This document shows, piece by piece, positions 37,118-46,900 of a stretch of 64,000 nt of DNA. Numbering within the stretch: the first letter of the stretch is position 1; every line of letters starts with the position of its first letter. The stretch is from Bacteroidales bacterium (GTDB taxonomy: Bacteria > Bacteroidota > Bacteroidia > Bacteroidales > UBA10428), in contig JAFGSZ010000008.1 in the NCBI GenBank assembly GCA_016934395.1, positions 16,421 to 80,420 on the forward strand, in the 5' to 3' direction. The notes under the pieces are model-generated. The model saw nothing but the letters and a program-made list of their open reading frames with translations. It ran no database searches and was not told the DNA's origin. A program made the position numbers and the translations under genes.

Positions 37118-38111
37118 GTTTCACCTCCTCTCCAAACCGTTTGGGTTTGATATAACGGTTAATAAGCGGAACAAATCCGTTCATAATTAAAATTGCAAAA
37201 GAAACTCCTTCGGGGTACGAACCAAAAACCCGGATAATTACTGTAATGGCCCCTATCCCAATGCTGTAAATAATCATTCCTTTGGGTGTCATTGGAGAGG
37301 TAACATAATCGGTGGCCATAAATATAGCGCCCAGCAGCACACCTCCTGTTAATACATGAAACAAAGGATCTGCATTTTTATCAGGATTTATAAGCCATAA
37401 AATCCCGGTAAACAGTGCGATGGTTCCGACCATTGTAACCGGAATGTGCCATGTAATAATTTTCCGGAACAGCATAAATAAAAATCCAAGTATCAATGCG
37501 GCAGCAGCAATTTCACCAAGCGATCCGCCCATTTTCCCGATAAATAAATCCAGATAACCGGGTACTTCCTTCATAAGATCAGAAATACTTAACCCGCTTT
37601 TTAACCCTTCTTTTATTATTCCCAGTGGCGTGGCTCCGGTAACAGCATCCACATAACCCGTGTTTAATCCCCCTGGAACCGGATAGCTGGTCATCTGCAC
37701 CGGGAAGGATATTAACAGGAATACCCTGCCAACCAGTGCCGGGTTAAACGGATTATTCCCCAATCCCCCAAATGTCATTTTGCCTACACCAATTGCAATA
37801 AGCGCTCCTATCATTATAATCCACCAGGGAAGATTTGATGGTACATTAAAAGCCAGTAACAGGCCGGTAACCATTGCTGATCCATCACTAATCCGAACTT
37901 CGGTTTTCAAAATAAATTTCTGTATCAGAAATTCGAACAACACACAAAAGCCAATGGATAAAAGGGTGACAATAATTGCACCCATCCCATAAAAAAATAC
38001 AGATACCAGTAAGGCCGGTACCAATGCTAGGATCACACCATACATTAACCTGCCAACCGACTGGCTGCCAAACACATGAGGTGAAGGTGAAATAGTAATT
38101 AGTTTACTCAT
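37110..38111 (-). CDS. rnfD: Rnf electron transport complex subunit D
   Basis: A polytopic RnfD/NqrB-like protein with the flavinylation motif VDAVTGATPL. Confidence 0.92.
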   Translation of the reverse strand: MSKLITISPSPHVFGSQSVGRLMYGVILALVPALLVSVFFYGMGAIIVTLLSIGFCVLFEFLIQKFILKTEVRISDGSAMVTGLLLAFNVPSNLPWWIIMIGALIAIGVGKMTFGGLGNNPFNPALVGRVFLLISFPVQMTSYPVPGGLNTGYVDAVTGATPLGIIKEGLKSGLSISDLMKEVPGYLDLFIGKMGGSLGEIAAAALILGFLFMLFRKIITWHIPVTMVGTIALFTGILWLINPDKNADPLFHVLTGGVLLGAIFMATDYVTSPMTPKGMIIYSIGIGAITVIIRVFGSYPEGVSFAILIMNGFVPLINRYIKPKRFGEEVKHG

Positions 38112-39439
38112 TATTTTCTTGATCTTATTATTTTACCGACATTAACTTTTCCTAACCGGATATAATCCAGTAAAGGCCTGTTAGAGGGGCATGTATAACT
38201 ACAGGATCCGCATTCGATACAATCCATTACCTTTTCGTTTTCGAGACGTTCAAACAGATTTTTCTGTGAAAGCGACATGAGCAGATAAGGCTCAAGTCCC
38301 ATCGGGCAAACATTTATACAACGGGAACAACGGATACACGGATCAATTTTTTTTCGTTTTGCTTCCGGTTCAGGAAGAATTAAAATTCCCGAACTCCCCT
38401 TGGTCACCGGAACGCTTAAATCATTTATCGCCTTACCCATCATCGGCCCGCCACTGATAATTTTACCCGTATCTTCCGGCAATCCGCCGGCAGCTTCAAT
38501 AACATCCGAAATGGGCGTGCCGATTTTTACCCGGAAGTTTGAAGGTTTTGAAATTGATTTACCCGTAACCGTCAACACGCGTTCAATAAGAGGTTTATTT
38601 TTTTGCACTGCTTCATAAACAGCAAAAGCTGTACCTACATTATGCACAACGGTACCCACATCGATTGGTAATCCGCCGGAAGGAACTTCCCGGTTTATCA
38701 GGGCTTTAATAAGTTGTTTTTCTCCTCCCTGGGGATATTTTTCCTGTAAAGGATAGACTTCAATTCCGGGATATTTTTCTGATAAACGGGTTAAATGTTC
38801 AATAGCATCAGGTTTGTTTCTTTCAATCCCAATAAGCGCTTTATCCACATCAAGCACTTTTTTAAGTATCATTGTGCCCACCAGAATTTCTTCCCCTTTT
38901 TGCATCATCAGAGCATGGTCGGCAGTAAGATAGGGTTCACACTCTACTCCGTTTATGATCAGGTAATTTGCTTTTTTCCCGCGCGGAATGGTAAGTTTAA
39001 CATGTGATGGGAATGTTGCTCCACCCATACCTACAATACCGGCCTCAAGTATCTTTTTTAATATTTCTTCCCGTGAATAATCGAAAGTATTAATCAAATC
39101 TCCATTCCGGTCAACAGTTTCAATCCATTCATCGCCCTCCACTTCAATTACAATGGCATTTTTTTTATATCCGCTGGTATCGGGAACTTTATCGATTTTT
39201 ACCACTTTCCCGGAAACCGGGGAATGGATATTACTGGAAACAAAACCTTCGCTCTTTGCTATTAACTGGCCGGCTTTTACTGCATCCCCCTTATCGACTA
39301 CCGGTACTGCCGGAACACCGAGGTGCTGGGATAAAGGTATAGACACCGTTTTTGGGACAGGTAAATCCAGGATAGTGACATGAGCAGATAATTTATTTTC
39401 CGGGGGATGAATCCCTCCTTTTGCAAATGTCTTAAGCAC
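38111..39439 (-). CDS. rnfC: Rnf electron transport complex subunit C
   Basis: Has two 4Fe-4S motifs, CIRCSRCINVCP and CIECGSCSYTCP, and a GGATFP NADH/FMN-site-like motif. Confidence 0.92.
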   Translation of the reverse strand: MLKTFAKGGIHPPENKLSAHVTILDLPVPKTVSIPLSQHLGVPAVPVVDKGDAVKAGQLIAKSEGFVSSNIHSPVSGKVVKIDKVPDTSGYKKNAIVIEVEGDEWIETVDRNGDLINTFDYSREEILKKILEAGIVGMGGATFPSHVKLTIPRGKKANYLIINGVECEPYLTADHALMMQKGEEILVGTMILKKVLDVDKALIGIERNKPDAIEHLTRLSEKYPGIEVYPLQEKYPQGGEKQLIKALINREVPSGGLPIDVGTVVHNVGTAFAVYEAVQKNKPLIERVLTVTGKSISKPSNFRVKIGTPISDVIEAAGGLPEDTGKIISGGPMMGKAINDLSVPVTKGSSGILILPEPEAKRKKIDPCIRCSRCINVCPMGLEPYLLMSLSQKNLFERLENEKVMDCIECGSCSYTCPSNRPLLDYIRLGKVNVGKIIRSRK

Positions 39440-39440
39440 G

Positions 39441-40367
39441 TTATTCCTCCTTATTATTTATTGATTCTTTTGATTCTTTCATTATGGTTTCAGCAGGACC
39501 GGTTTTTCCGTCAGTTGCCTCAACATCTGCCGGTTCTTTAATTTTTGGTGGTGGAAATCCTATTTCGATTATAGCGTTTGTTGGGCATTCAGGCACACAT
39601 TTCCTGCATAACTTACATTTGTCAGCATCGATAAATGCCAGGTTATTATTCATAGTAATCGCTTCGTACGGACAAACCTTAAAACATTTGGTACACCCCG
39701 TACATGCTACCTCACAATTTTTCCTGGCAATTCCACCCTTATCTTCGTTCCTGCAGGCTACATAAATTTTCCGGTCTTTTTTGGCGCGTTTGCGCAATTC
39801 AAAAAGGTCTTTCGGACAGGCATCCACACAAGCCCCGCAAGCAGTGCAATTGGTGTCGTTTACCACAGGTAAACCGGTAACCGGATCCATGTGCAAGGCA
39901 TCGAAATTACAAACATCCACACAATCCCCTAAACCAAGACACCCATATTGACAACCGGTATCGCCACCGTATAATGCGGATTCAATAGCACATGAAGAAG
40001 CGCCATCATACTGGTTTGTTTTTGGCCTGAAATCACAAGCACCGTTGCATCGTAATACAGCAACTTTTGGATCCTGAGCCACAGCCTCTCTTCCAAGAAT
40101 CTGCGCCACTTTTTCCATGGTTTCATTTCCTCCAACAGGACAATAAAGCCCATCAAAACTTTCTGATTTTACAAGCGCTTCGGCAAAATTCCGGCATCCG
40201 GCAAATCCACATCCACCGCAATTAGCAGCGGGAAGATTTTCTTCAACCTGATCAATTCGCGGATCTTCAAAAACCTTAAATTTTTGCGCCACAAAAAACA
40301 AAATTATCGCCGATAAAACTCCCAGTACACTTAATGATACTATTGTAAAAAGGACAACAGAACTCAT
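39441..40367 (-). CDS. rnfB: Rnf electron transport complex subunit B (polyferredoxin)
   Basis: Has an N-terminal TM helix, CGGCGFAGC and several CxxCxxCxxxCP ferredoxin motifs. A Lys/Glu-rich C-terminal tail follows. Confidence 0.9.
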   Translation of the reverse strand: MSSVVLFTIVSLSVLGVLSAIILFFVAQKFKVFEDPRIDQVEENLPAANCGGCGFAGCRNFAEALVKSESFDGLYCPVGGNETMEKVAQILGREAVAQDPKVAVLRCNGACDFRPKTNQYDGASSCAIESALYGGDTGCQYGCLGLGDCVDVCNFDALHMDPVTGLPVVNDTNCTACGACVDACPKDLFELRKRAKKDRKIYVACRNEDKGGIARKNCEVACTGCTKCFKVCPYEAITMNNNLAFIDADKCKLCRKCVPECPTNAIIEIGFPPPKIKEPADVEATDGKTGPAETIMKESKESINNKEE

Positions 40368-40368
40368 T

Positions 40369-40791
40369 TTATTCTATTTTTCGTAATGTAAATGTAAATG
40401 ATTTCTTTATTTTATTTCGAAATATATATAAAGCTACATAATACGGTATCAGTAATGATAAAGATACAAGTCCGGCAAATAATTCACTGGCATGCAAAAT
40501 ACTAAGTACAATTAAAACAACCAATACCACCAAAAAGGGCATAATGTATCCAAGAAACAAGGCTTTTATCCCGAGAGATTTTTTTAAAATAACATTAACC
40601 TTTTCACCTACTTTAAAGTTGGCTGAAGATTGGAATATCTGAATGGATTTTTTTTGTATGTCGAAAAAACCACATGCCCCTTTTGCGTGACAATCTGCAC
40701 ACAGGGATGTGTTTTTAACATTCACTGTAATCAACCCCTCATTAATGTCTTCAATTAATCCTTGTTGTTCGTAACAATCTGAAGCATTCAT
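40369..40791 (-). CDS. rseC: RseC/MucC-family (SoxR-reducing-system) membrane protein, first gene of the rnf cluster
   Basis: 140 aa with an N-terminal Cys motif CADCHAKGACGF and two C-terminal TM helices. It lies immediately upstream of rnfB. Confidence 0.75.
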   Translation of the reverse strand: MNASDCYEQQGLIEDINEGLITVNVKNTSLCADCHAKGACGFFDIQKKSIQIFQSSANFKVGEKVNVILKKSLGIKALFLGYIMPFLVVLVVLIVLSILHASELFAGLVSLSLLIPYYVALYIFRNKIKKSFTFTLRKIE

Positions 40792-40817
40792 TAATTTACC
40801 CTTGAAATCGAAATGTA

Positions 40818-40825
40818 CAAATATA
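40818..40825 (-). promoter_or_regulatory. Bacteroidota -7 box (TAtaTTTG on the minus strand) for rseC-rnf
   Basis: Plus-strand caaatata is TATATTTG on the reverse strand, 27 nt upstream of the rseC ATG at 40791. Confidence 0.4.
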
Positions 40826-40980
40826 AGGATGTTTAGATAAGTAAAAATTGCTTTTGGTTAGTTTTTAGAAAAACCATTTAATTTAGGATGATTTTAAATA
40901 TCACAAAATTGCCTTGCAATAAATTTATTCTGTATTGATCAACTCTGATTTTCGGTATGTATAAAATAATTTATACCCTA

Positions 40981-41817
40981 CTAATCCTTAACCTTTGCTG
41001 TTAATGGAAATTTTAAACCCGAATATGATTTTAATCTTACCTGAACAGAACCTACTAATATTGGAGATTCAAGATACACCGGTATTCTGTTTTTATCATT
41101 TGTAACCCACACCATCATATCCTCTCCGCCTTTAAATAATGTTCCTTCAACCAGCAATACAGAGAATTTAATACAATTGTATACTTCATGGCGTTTTAAT
41201 TTTATCTGTTCGGTACCAAGGTATCTGAAGTATAAATGGTAAACCTCACGATCGAGAAAAACCGTAACAGGAATGGTATCATTTATTTTAAACTTTGAAA
41301 AATTGATATTCCGTGCATAATACAACGTGGTTAATACATCAAATGCAGAGGGTTCCGATTTTATGGTATCATATTCAATTTTTTTATCATTTCTTACATA
41401 GGTGCTATATACCGTTGTATCCTTATGATTAAAAATATAATGTAACCTGAAACTGTAATTTCCCTCCTGTATATCACGATCAAAAATATAGGGCTGAAGG
41501 GTTACCGGATCCACAAAACTTTCATATTTATCACGTACCTTATAAAACCAGTCCCAGCTTTTGTAGGTAGCGCCATATCCTGTAATATGATACACCGGTT
41601 TTCCCAGGAGTTCTTTATTTTTAACCTCAAAATGAACTTCTCCTACTTCTGTCCATAGAATAAACCAGTTGTATGAAACCACATATGTAATTTGTTCTCC
41701 GGGTTGAAATACTTTATTATTTCCCTGCATATTAATTTTTTCCTGAGCATTTACCGGATCGAAAAGCATTACAGCTATAACAACCAAAGAATATGTGTAT
41801 GTTTTGATTGTATTCAT
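40981..41817 (-). CDS. Secreted beta-rich hypothetical protein (DUF3108-like)
   Basis: Has a signal peptide ending DPVNAQ and GEQITYVVSYNWFILWTEVGEVHFEV-type strands. The family name is from memory only. Confidence 0.45.
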   Translation of the reverse strand: MNTIKTYTYSLVVIAVMLFDPVNAQEKINMQGNNKVFQPGEQITYVVSYNWFILWTEVGEVHFEVKNKELLGKPVYHITGYGATYKSWDWFYKVRDKYESFVDPVTLQPYIFDRDIQEGNYSFRLHYIFNHKDTTVYSTYVRNDKKIEYDTIKSEPSAFDVLTTLYYARNINFSKFKINDTIPVTVFLDREVYHLYFRYLGTEQIKLKRHEVYNCIKFSVLLVEGTLFKGGEDMMVWVTNDKNRIPVYLESPILVGSVQVRLKSYSGLKFPLTAKVKD

Positions 41818-42060
41818 TTATATGGAATTTTATTTTAAGTTACAAGGTATCAGATAAATTACGATTACTAACAGTTGCGTTTAAATAATTTTCTTAACCA
41901 TTAAATTATGAATCAATACTATTAACAACGGTTTTTACATCGGTTGATTGTAAGTTTAAATTTTACTTATAAAAAAAATCCGAATAAAATACCTGGGGCT
42001 TTAAGCAAATTTAATTCAGGAATTAATTAAACTGTAAAATTCATGTAAAATTTATTGATT

Positions 42061-42103
42061 TAAAAATTCGGCGCCGGGAACAAGGGGGATTTTGTTTTCC
42101 GGC
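42061..42103 (-). terminator. Candidate rho-independent terminator of the SiaC-like gene
   Basis: On the minus strand, GCCGGAAAACAA-N8-TTGTTCCCGGC is followed by gccgAATTTTTA. It starts about 20 nt after the stop at 42124. Confidence 0.45.
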
Positions 42104-42123
42104 TCAGGGAAAAAAAGCAGAGA

Positions 42124-42498
42124 CTATTCGGTTTCGATAAAATTGAATTTTGTTTCGAGAATGGATTCATAATATTCACCACGTTCCATGATATCATCAT
42201 CTCCTTCTTCGTAATACCAGTTAATTGTAATTTTATGACCTTTTTTTGACACGTCAACCAATGCTCTTAATATGTGAAGTATTGCTTTAGAAGATCCGCT
42301 GTTAAAATATTCCAGCTCAATATCAACTGTGGTTGTGTCGCTTGGATTTAGGCAGTAATGGTAGACCCACTCATACAGGTCATCATAAAATTTGGTGGCA
42401 TCTTCAGGTATAGATCTCCCACTAATCTTGATCCGTCCATCAGTACTGAAAAATACTTCAGGAGTCTTCTTGGTGCTTTCAATTAGCAGATCATCCAT
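42124..42498 (-). CDS. DUF1987 / SiaC-family small protein
   Basis: The N-terminus has STKKTPEVFFSTDGRIKISGRSIPEDATKFYDDLYEWV, and ELEYFNSGSSKAILHIL follows. This matches the SiaC-fold family as I recall it. Confidence 0.7.
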   Translation of the reverse strand: MDDLLIESTKKTPEVFFSTDGRIKISGRSIPEDATKFYDDLYEWVYHYCLNPSDTTTVDIELEYFNSGSSKAILHILRALVDVSKKGHKITINWYYEEGDDDIMERGEYYESILETKFNFIETE

Positions 42499-42880
42499 AC
42501 TATTTGAAATAATTTTAAATATACTATAATTTATCTAATATTAAAATACGCATCTTTTGCTAAACGTGCAGTATTATACGTCGATACCTTATTATAAGAT
42601 TCAAATTTTAAACATTAAAAAAATACAAAAATCAGGATATAAAATATTCTGGTTTTAAAAAAAACACTTATTTTTTTCCATAAAAATAAATTACAAATAA
42701 TGCAAATTAAATAAGTAAAACTAATTATCCCAAGAAAAGTTTCTAACAATATTTACACTTTTACTTAATTAAATAACAGACTTTAATTATAAAGTGTATA
42801 CTGATAGAAGGCTATTTTGTTACCCTGAGAAATTTTAAAACCTAAATTTAAGTTTATATTTCAGGAAACCTGATCGTTAA

Positions 42881-43900
42881 TTAAGGCCTGTATCTAGCAA
42901 AAGGTGTCACTGACTGATCAGTAAAAAGCTCCTGAATATATTTATAATAACCCGTTATAGAGATCATTGCAGCATTATCGGTGGAGAATTGAAATTCGGG
43001 TATATGTACTTCCCATTTGTGGTGAACAGATTCTTCAAGAATCCGGTTGCGTAATCCGGTATTCGCCGATACCCCTCCGGCAATAGCAATTTCTTTTATG
43101 CCTGTTTGTTTTGAGGCGGATATTAATTTATCAACTAAAATATCTACAATCGAATGTTGAATAGAGGCACAAATGTCATATTTGTTTTCCTCAATAAAAT
43201 TAGCGTCATTTTTAAGGTGATCTCTCAGAAAGTACAAAAAGGCTGTTTTAACGCCACTAAAGCTAAAATCCAATCCATTAATCTGAGGTTTTGGAAAACT
43301 AAACGCATCAGGATTTCCGGAGGCAGCATATTTATCAATTAATGGTCCGCCGGGATAGGGTAATCCCATAACTTTTGCACATTTGTCAAAAGCTTCGCCC
43401 GAGGCATCGTCAATAGTCTGCCCGATAATTTCCATAATAAGATAATCCTTTACAATTACCAGTTGTGTATGCCCACCGGATACGAGCAGGCATAAAAAAG
43501 GAAATTCAGGCTTTTTTTTAGTATCTCCGGGTTTTCGCAAAAAAAGTGAAAGTATGTGTGCCTGTAAATGATTCACCTCAATTAAGGGTTTCTTTAATGC
43601 CAGGGCAAAACTTTTCGCAAAAGAAGATCCCACGAGCAAAGCGCCCATTAACCCGGGTCCGCGGGTGAACGCCACACCATCGATATCGGTTTTTGCAATT
43701 CCCGCTTCACGAATAGCCCTGTCGACCACCGGAATAATATTTTGTTGGTGCGCCCTTGAAGCCAGCTCGGGAACTACTCCCCCAAAAGATTTATGCACTT
43801 CCTGGTTGGCAATTTTATTTGATAAAATAAACCCGTCACGAAAAACTGCTGCTCCTGTATCATCACAGGATGATTCTATCCCTAAAATTGTTATACTCAT
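42881..43900 (-). CDS. tsaD: tRNA N6-adenosine threonylcarbamoyltransferase
   Basis: 339 aa beginning ILGIESSCDDT, with the metal motif NHLQAHI and GGVSAN. Confidence 0.95.
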   Translation of the reverse strand: MSITILGIESSCDDTGAAVFRDGFILSNKIANQEVHKSFGGVVPELASRAHQQNIIPVVDRAIREAGIAKTDIDGVAFTRGPGLMGALLVGSSFAKSFALALKKPLIEVNHLQAHILSLFLRKPGDTKKKPEFPFLCLLVSGGHTQLVIVKDYLIMEIIGQTIDDASGEAFDKCAKVMGLPYPGGPLIDKYAASGNPDAFSFPKPQINGLDFSFSGVKTAFLYFLRDHLKNDANFIEENKYDICASIQHSIVDILVDKLISASKQTGIKEIAIAGGVSANTGLRNRILEESVHHKWEVHIPEFQFSTDNAAMISITGYYKYIQELFTDQSVTPFARYRP

Positions 43901-43920
43901 TTATTTTCAAGAAAATCCGA

Positions 43921-46900
43921 ATGTTTGAACTTTTTTTGTTTTTTTTGCATTATAATTATAAAAGCCACAAAATTATCAAAAAAATAGGTAAAATAAGTCT
44001 GATTTTATTTCTGACGCTTATTCTGCTGCTCGGAAGTTCTTACGGTTTGCTGCAAAGTAAACGCGTACAGACTTTTGTTACCCAGATTATTCTCAATTTC
44101 TTAGAAAAAAACCTGAATAATAAATTTTCCATTGAAACGATAAATATCACTTTTTTCAATAAGGCCAGCATTTCAAAATTCTATGTTGAAGATCTGAATA
44201 AGGACACTTTAATTTATGCTGATCGCATCAATGTGCAATCGACTAATATATTAAGATCTGTAATTACAGGCAAAAATAAATTGCGCGTAAAACGTATTGA
44301 ACTTGACCATGCTTATATAAATCTTTATTCAGACTCTGATGATATTCCCAATATAGCGTTTATAATTGAACATCTGAAAAAAAACAAAGACACTACAAAA
44401 ACCAAAAAACCGATTATAATAAAAAGTTTATCCCTTGCCGATAGCAAAATAAAAATCAGAAAGTTTAATGGGAATGAATCCAAAGGGGGAATTGATTTTT
44501 CAAATATTTCTATGCAGCAGGTTAATGCAGTATTTTCTAATCTGAAACCTTCAGGTGATACCCTGGCTTTTTCGATCGACAAACTGAATTTTATAGAAAA
44601 ATCGGGGTTTATTATGAACGATATGTCGTCGGAAATGATGATCTGTAATTCCCGGATCATGTTTTCCAATGCGTCTGTTAATACGGGGTATTCATCATTT
44701 CTAAGTGATTATATCAGTCTTTCGTTTGAGAATTTTAAAGCTTTTAAAAACGACCGGCTTTATAATGATGTAAAACTCAATATTAAAATCAATTCTTCGC
44801 ATCTGCATTTTTACGACCTTGCCTATGTTGCCCCTACATTTGCAAATACCACCCAGGTTATTAATTTTTCGGGTATACTTTCGGGAAGAATAAATAATCT
44901 TAAGGGGGATGGAGTTAATATTCATTTTGGAAAATCCTCAGATTTATTGTGCAATTTCAGTTTTTCAGGTTTGCCGGATGTTAAGGAAACTTTTATGATT
45001 TTCGATGTAAATAGCTTTACCACCAGCCCCTTTGATATTGCGCAATTTCATCTGCCCGGAAATAAAACAATCAACCTTCCCGATAACTTTAATTATACTG
45101 GTCGTTTGGTATACAAAGGAAATTTTACAGGTTTTATAGATGATTTTGTAACCTACGGGACATTATCCACTGATATAGGTAATATATCCTCGGACATTCT
45201 TTTCAAACCAGCTTCAGGAAACCGCTTTTCCTTTAAGGGTAATTTAAAGATGGATAATTTTAATATCGGCCAGGTAATTTCTGCAGATAAAATAGGAAAA
45301 ATATCAATGAACGTTTCTGTTGACGGGTCAAGCGGTTCGAATGCTGCCATTGATGCAATAATGCAGGGGAAAATCGAAAATTTTGAAGTAAACAATTATA
45401 ATTACAGGAATATTGATATTTCAGGTAACCTTACAAATAAAACCTTCGATGGGAAAATTGGTATCCAGGATCCGAATATTAACCTTGCATTTAATGGAAA
45501 TATTGATTTCTCAAATAAAATTGCGAAATATGATTTTACTGCTGATGTGCAAAATGCCAATTTATATTCGCTAAACTTCGATAAAACCGAACCTACCCAT
45601 AATGTTTCTTTCTATATCACCGCAAATGCCATTGGCAATTCAATTGAAACACTCGATGGGGAAATCTCTTTACTAAATTCAAACTTTTCTAAAAAAGACA
45701 GGCAAATACAAATCAATGATTTTAAATTAATAGCTGATAATACGCCGGGATCGAATAAGATTAGTGTGCGGTCTGATTTTATTGATGCTGATTTCTGGGG
45801 ATCTTACAGGATTGAAAAAATACAGGAATCTTTGCGCAAATTCGTGAATATATATTTTCCTACAATAATTGATTCGAGTACATTTAGTGTTACGAAATTT
45901 GAAAACGATTTTGAGTTGACTGCGAAATTTAAAAATACAAACCCGTTTTTTGAATATTTTCTGCCTGAATTCTTTGTTGCCCCCAATACCTTAATTGAGA
46001 GTGGTTATACCGCTCAAGACAATCATTTTTATTTATTTCTTCAATCGCCTTTAATTAAATACAACAATCACAGCTGGAAAAACATGTACATTAATGCAGA
46101 ATCTTCTGACAGTATATTAAATTTAATTTCGGGAAGTAAGGAGCTTTTGCTGGCCGACAGAATTTCACTTCAGAATTTTTCTATTTATTCCAAAGCCTTA
46201 CTTGATTCGTTCGATGTATCCGTGCGATGGAATAATTGGGACTCAGTGGCATATTCTGGTAATATAGCAACAAAAGGGTTTTGTTTCAAGGAACCCGGGC
46301 ATACAACACCTGGCTTTATGGTGAATATATTAGATTCGAAAGTAGTAACAAAGGATACTTTATGGAATATTGCAAACTCAAGAATCCGTATTGACTCATC
46401 AGGAATTGTTGTTGAGAATTTTAATTTTAATCATCAAGATCAATATTTTATGGCATATGGCAGCTTATCTAAATCTGCCGATGACAGCCTTACCTTAACT
46501 TTTAACCAGTTTAACCTAGCCCACCTGAATGCATTTACATTACCTGCCGGATTTTTTATTCAGGGAATTCTGGATGGAAACGCAACAGTAAGCAACATCT
46601 TTAATAGTCCGCTATTCCGTACAAAACTGCATGTGACTGACCTGACTGTAAACAACGAATTATTGGGCAATACTATTTTGAATTCTATTTGGGACAATCA
46701 ATCTAAATCGATAAATATTGAAGCAAATACTACACGGGACACACTCAAGGTAATAGACGTTAAGGGCGATTATTTCCCTGAAAGGGATAAAGGACTGGCT
46801 TTCAGCATTACCTTAAATAAATTAAAACTAGAAATTATAGATCAGTATGTAAATAAGTTGCTGGGTAATATAAATGGCCTGGTTACGGGAAAACTTGCCC

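Noticed and set aside
43870-43920. The track start of the TamB-like ORF at 43870, which overlaps tsaD head-to-head by 31 nt.
   Set aside because: The first 17 codons (MILSLKLLYSFIFKKIR) lie inside the divergent tsaD coding region. The ATG at 43921, or a start nearer the anchor helix, is more plausible. The exact start remains uncertain.
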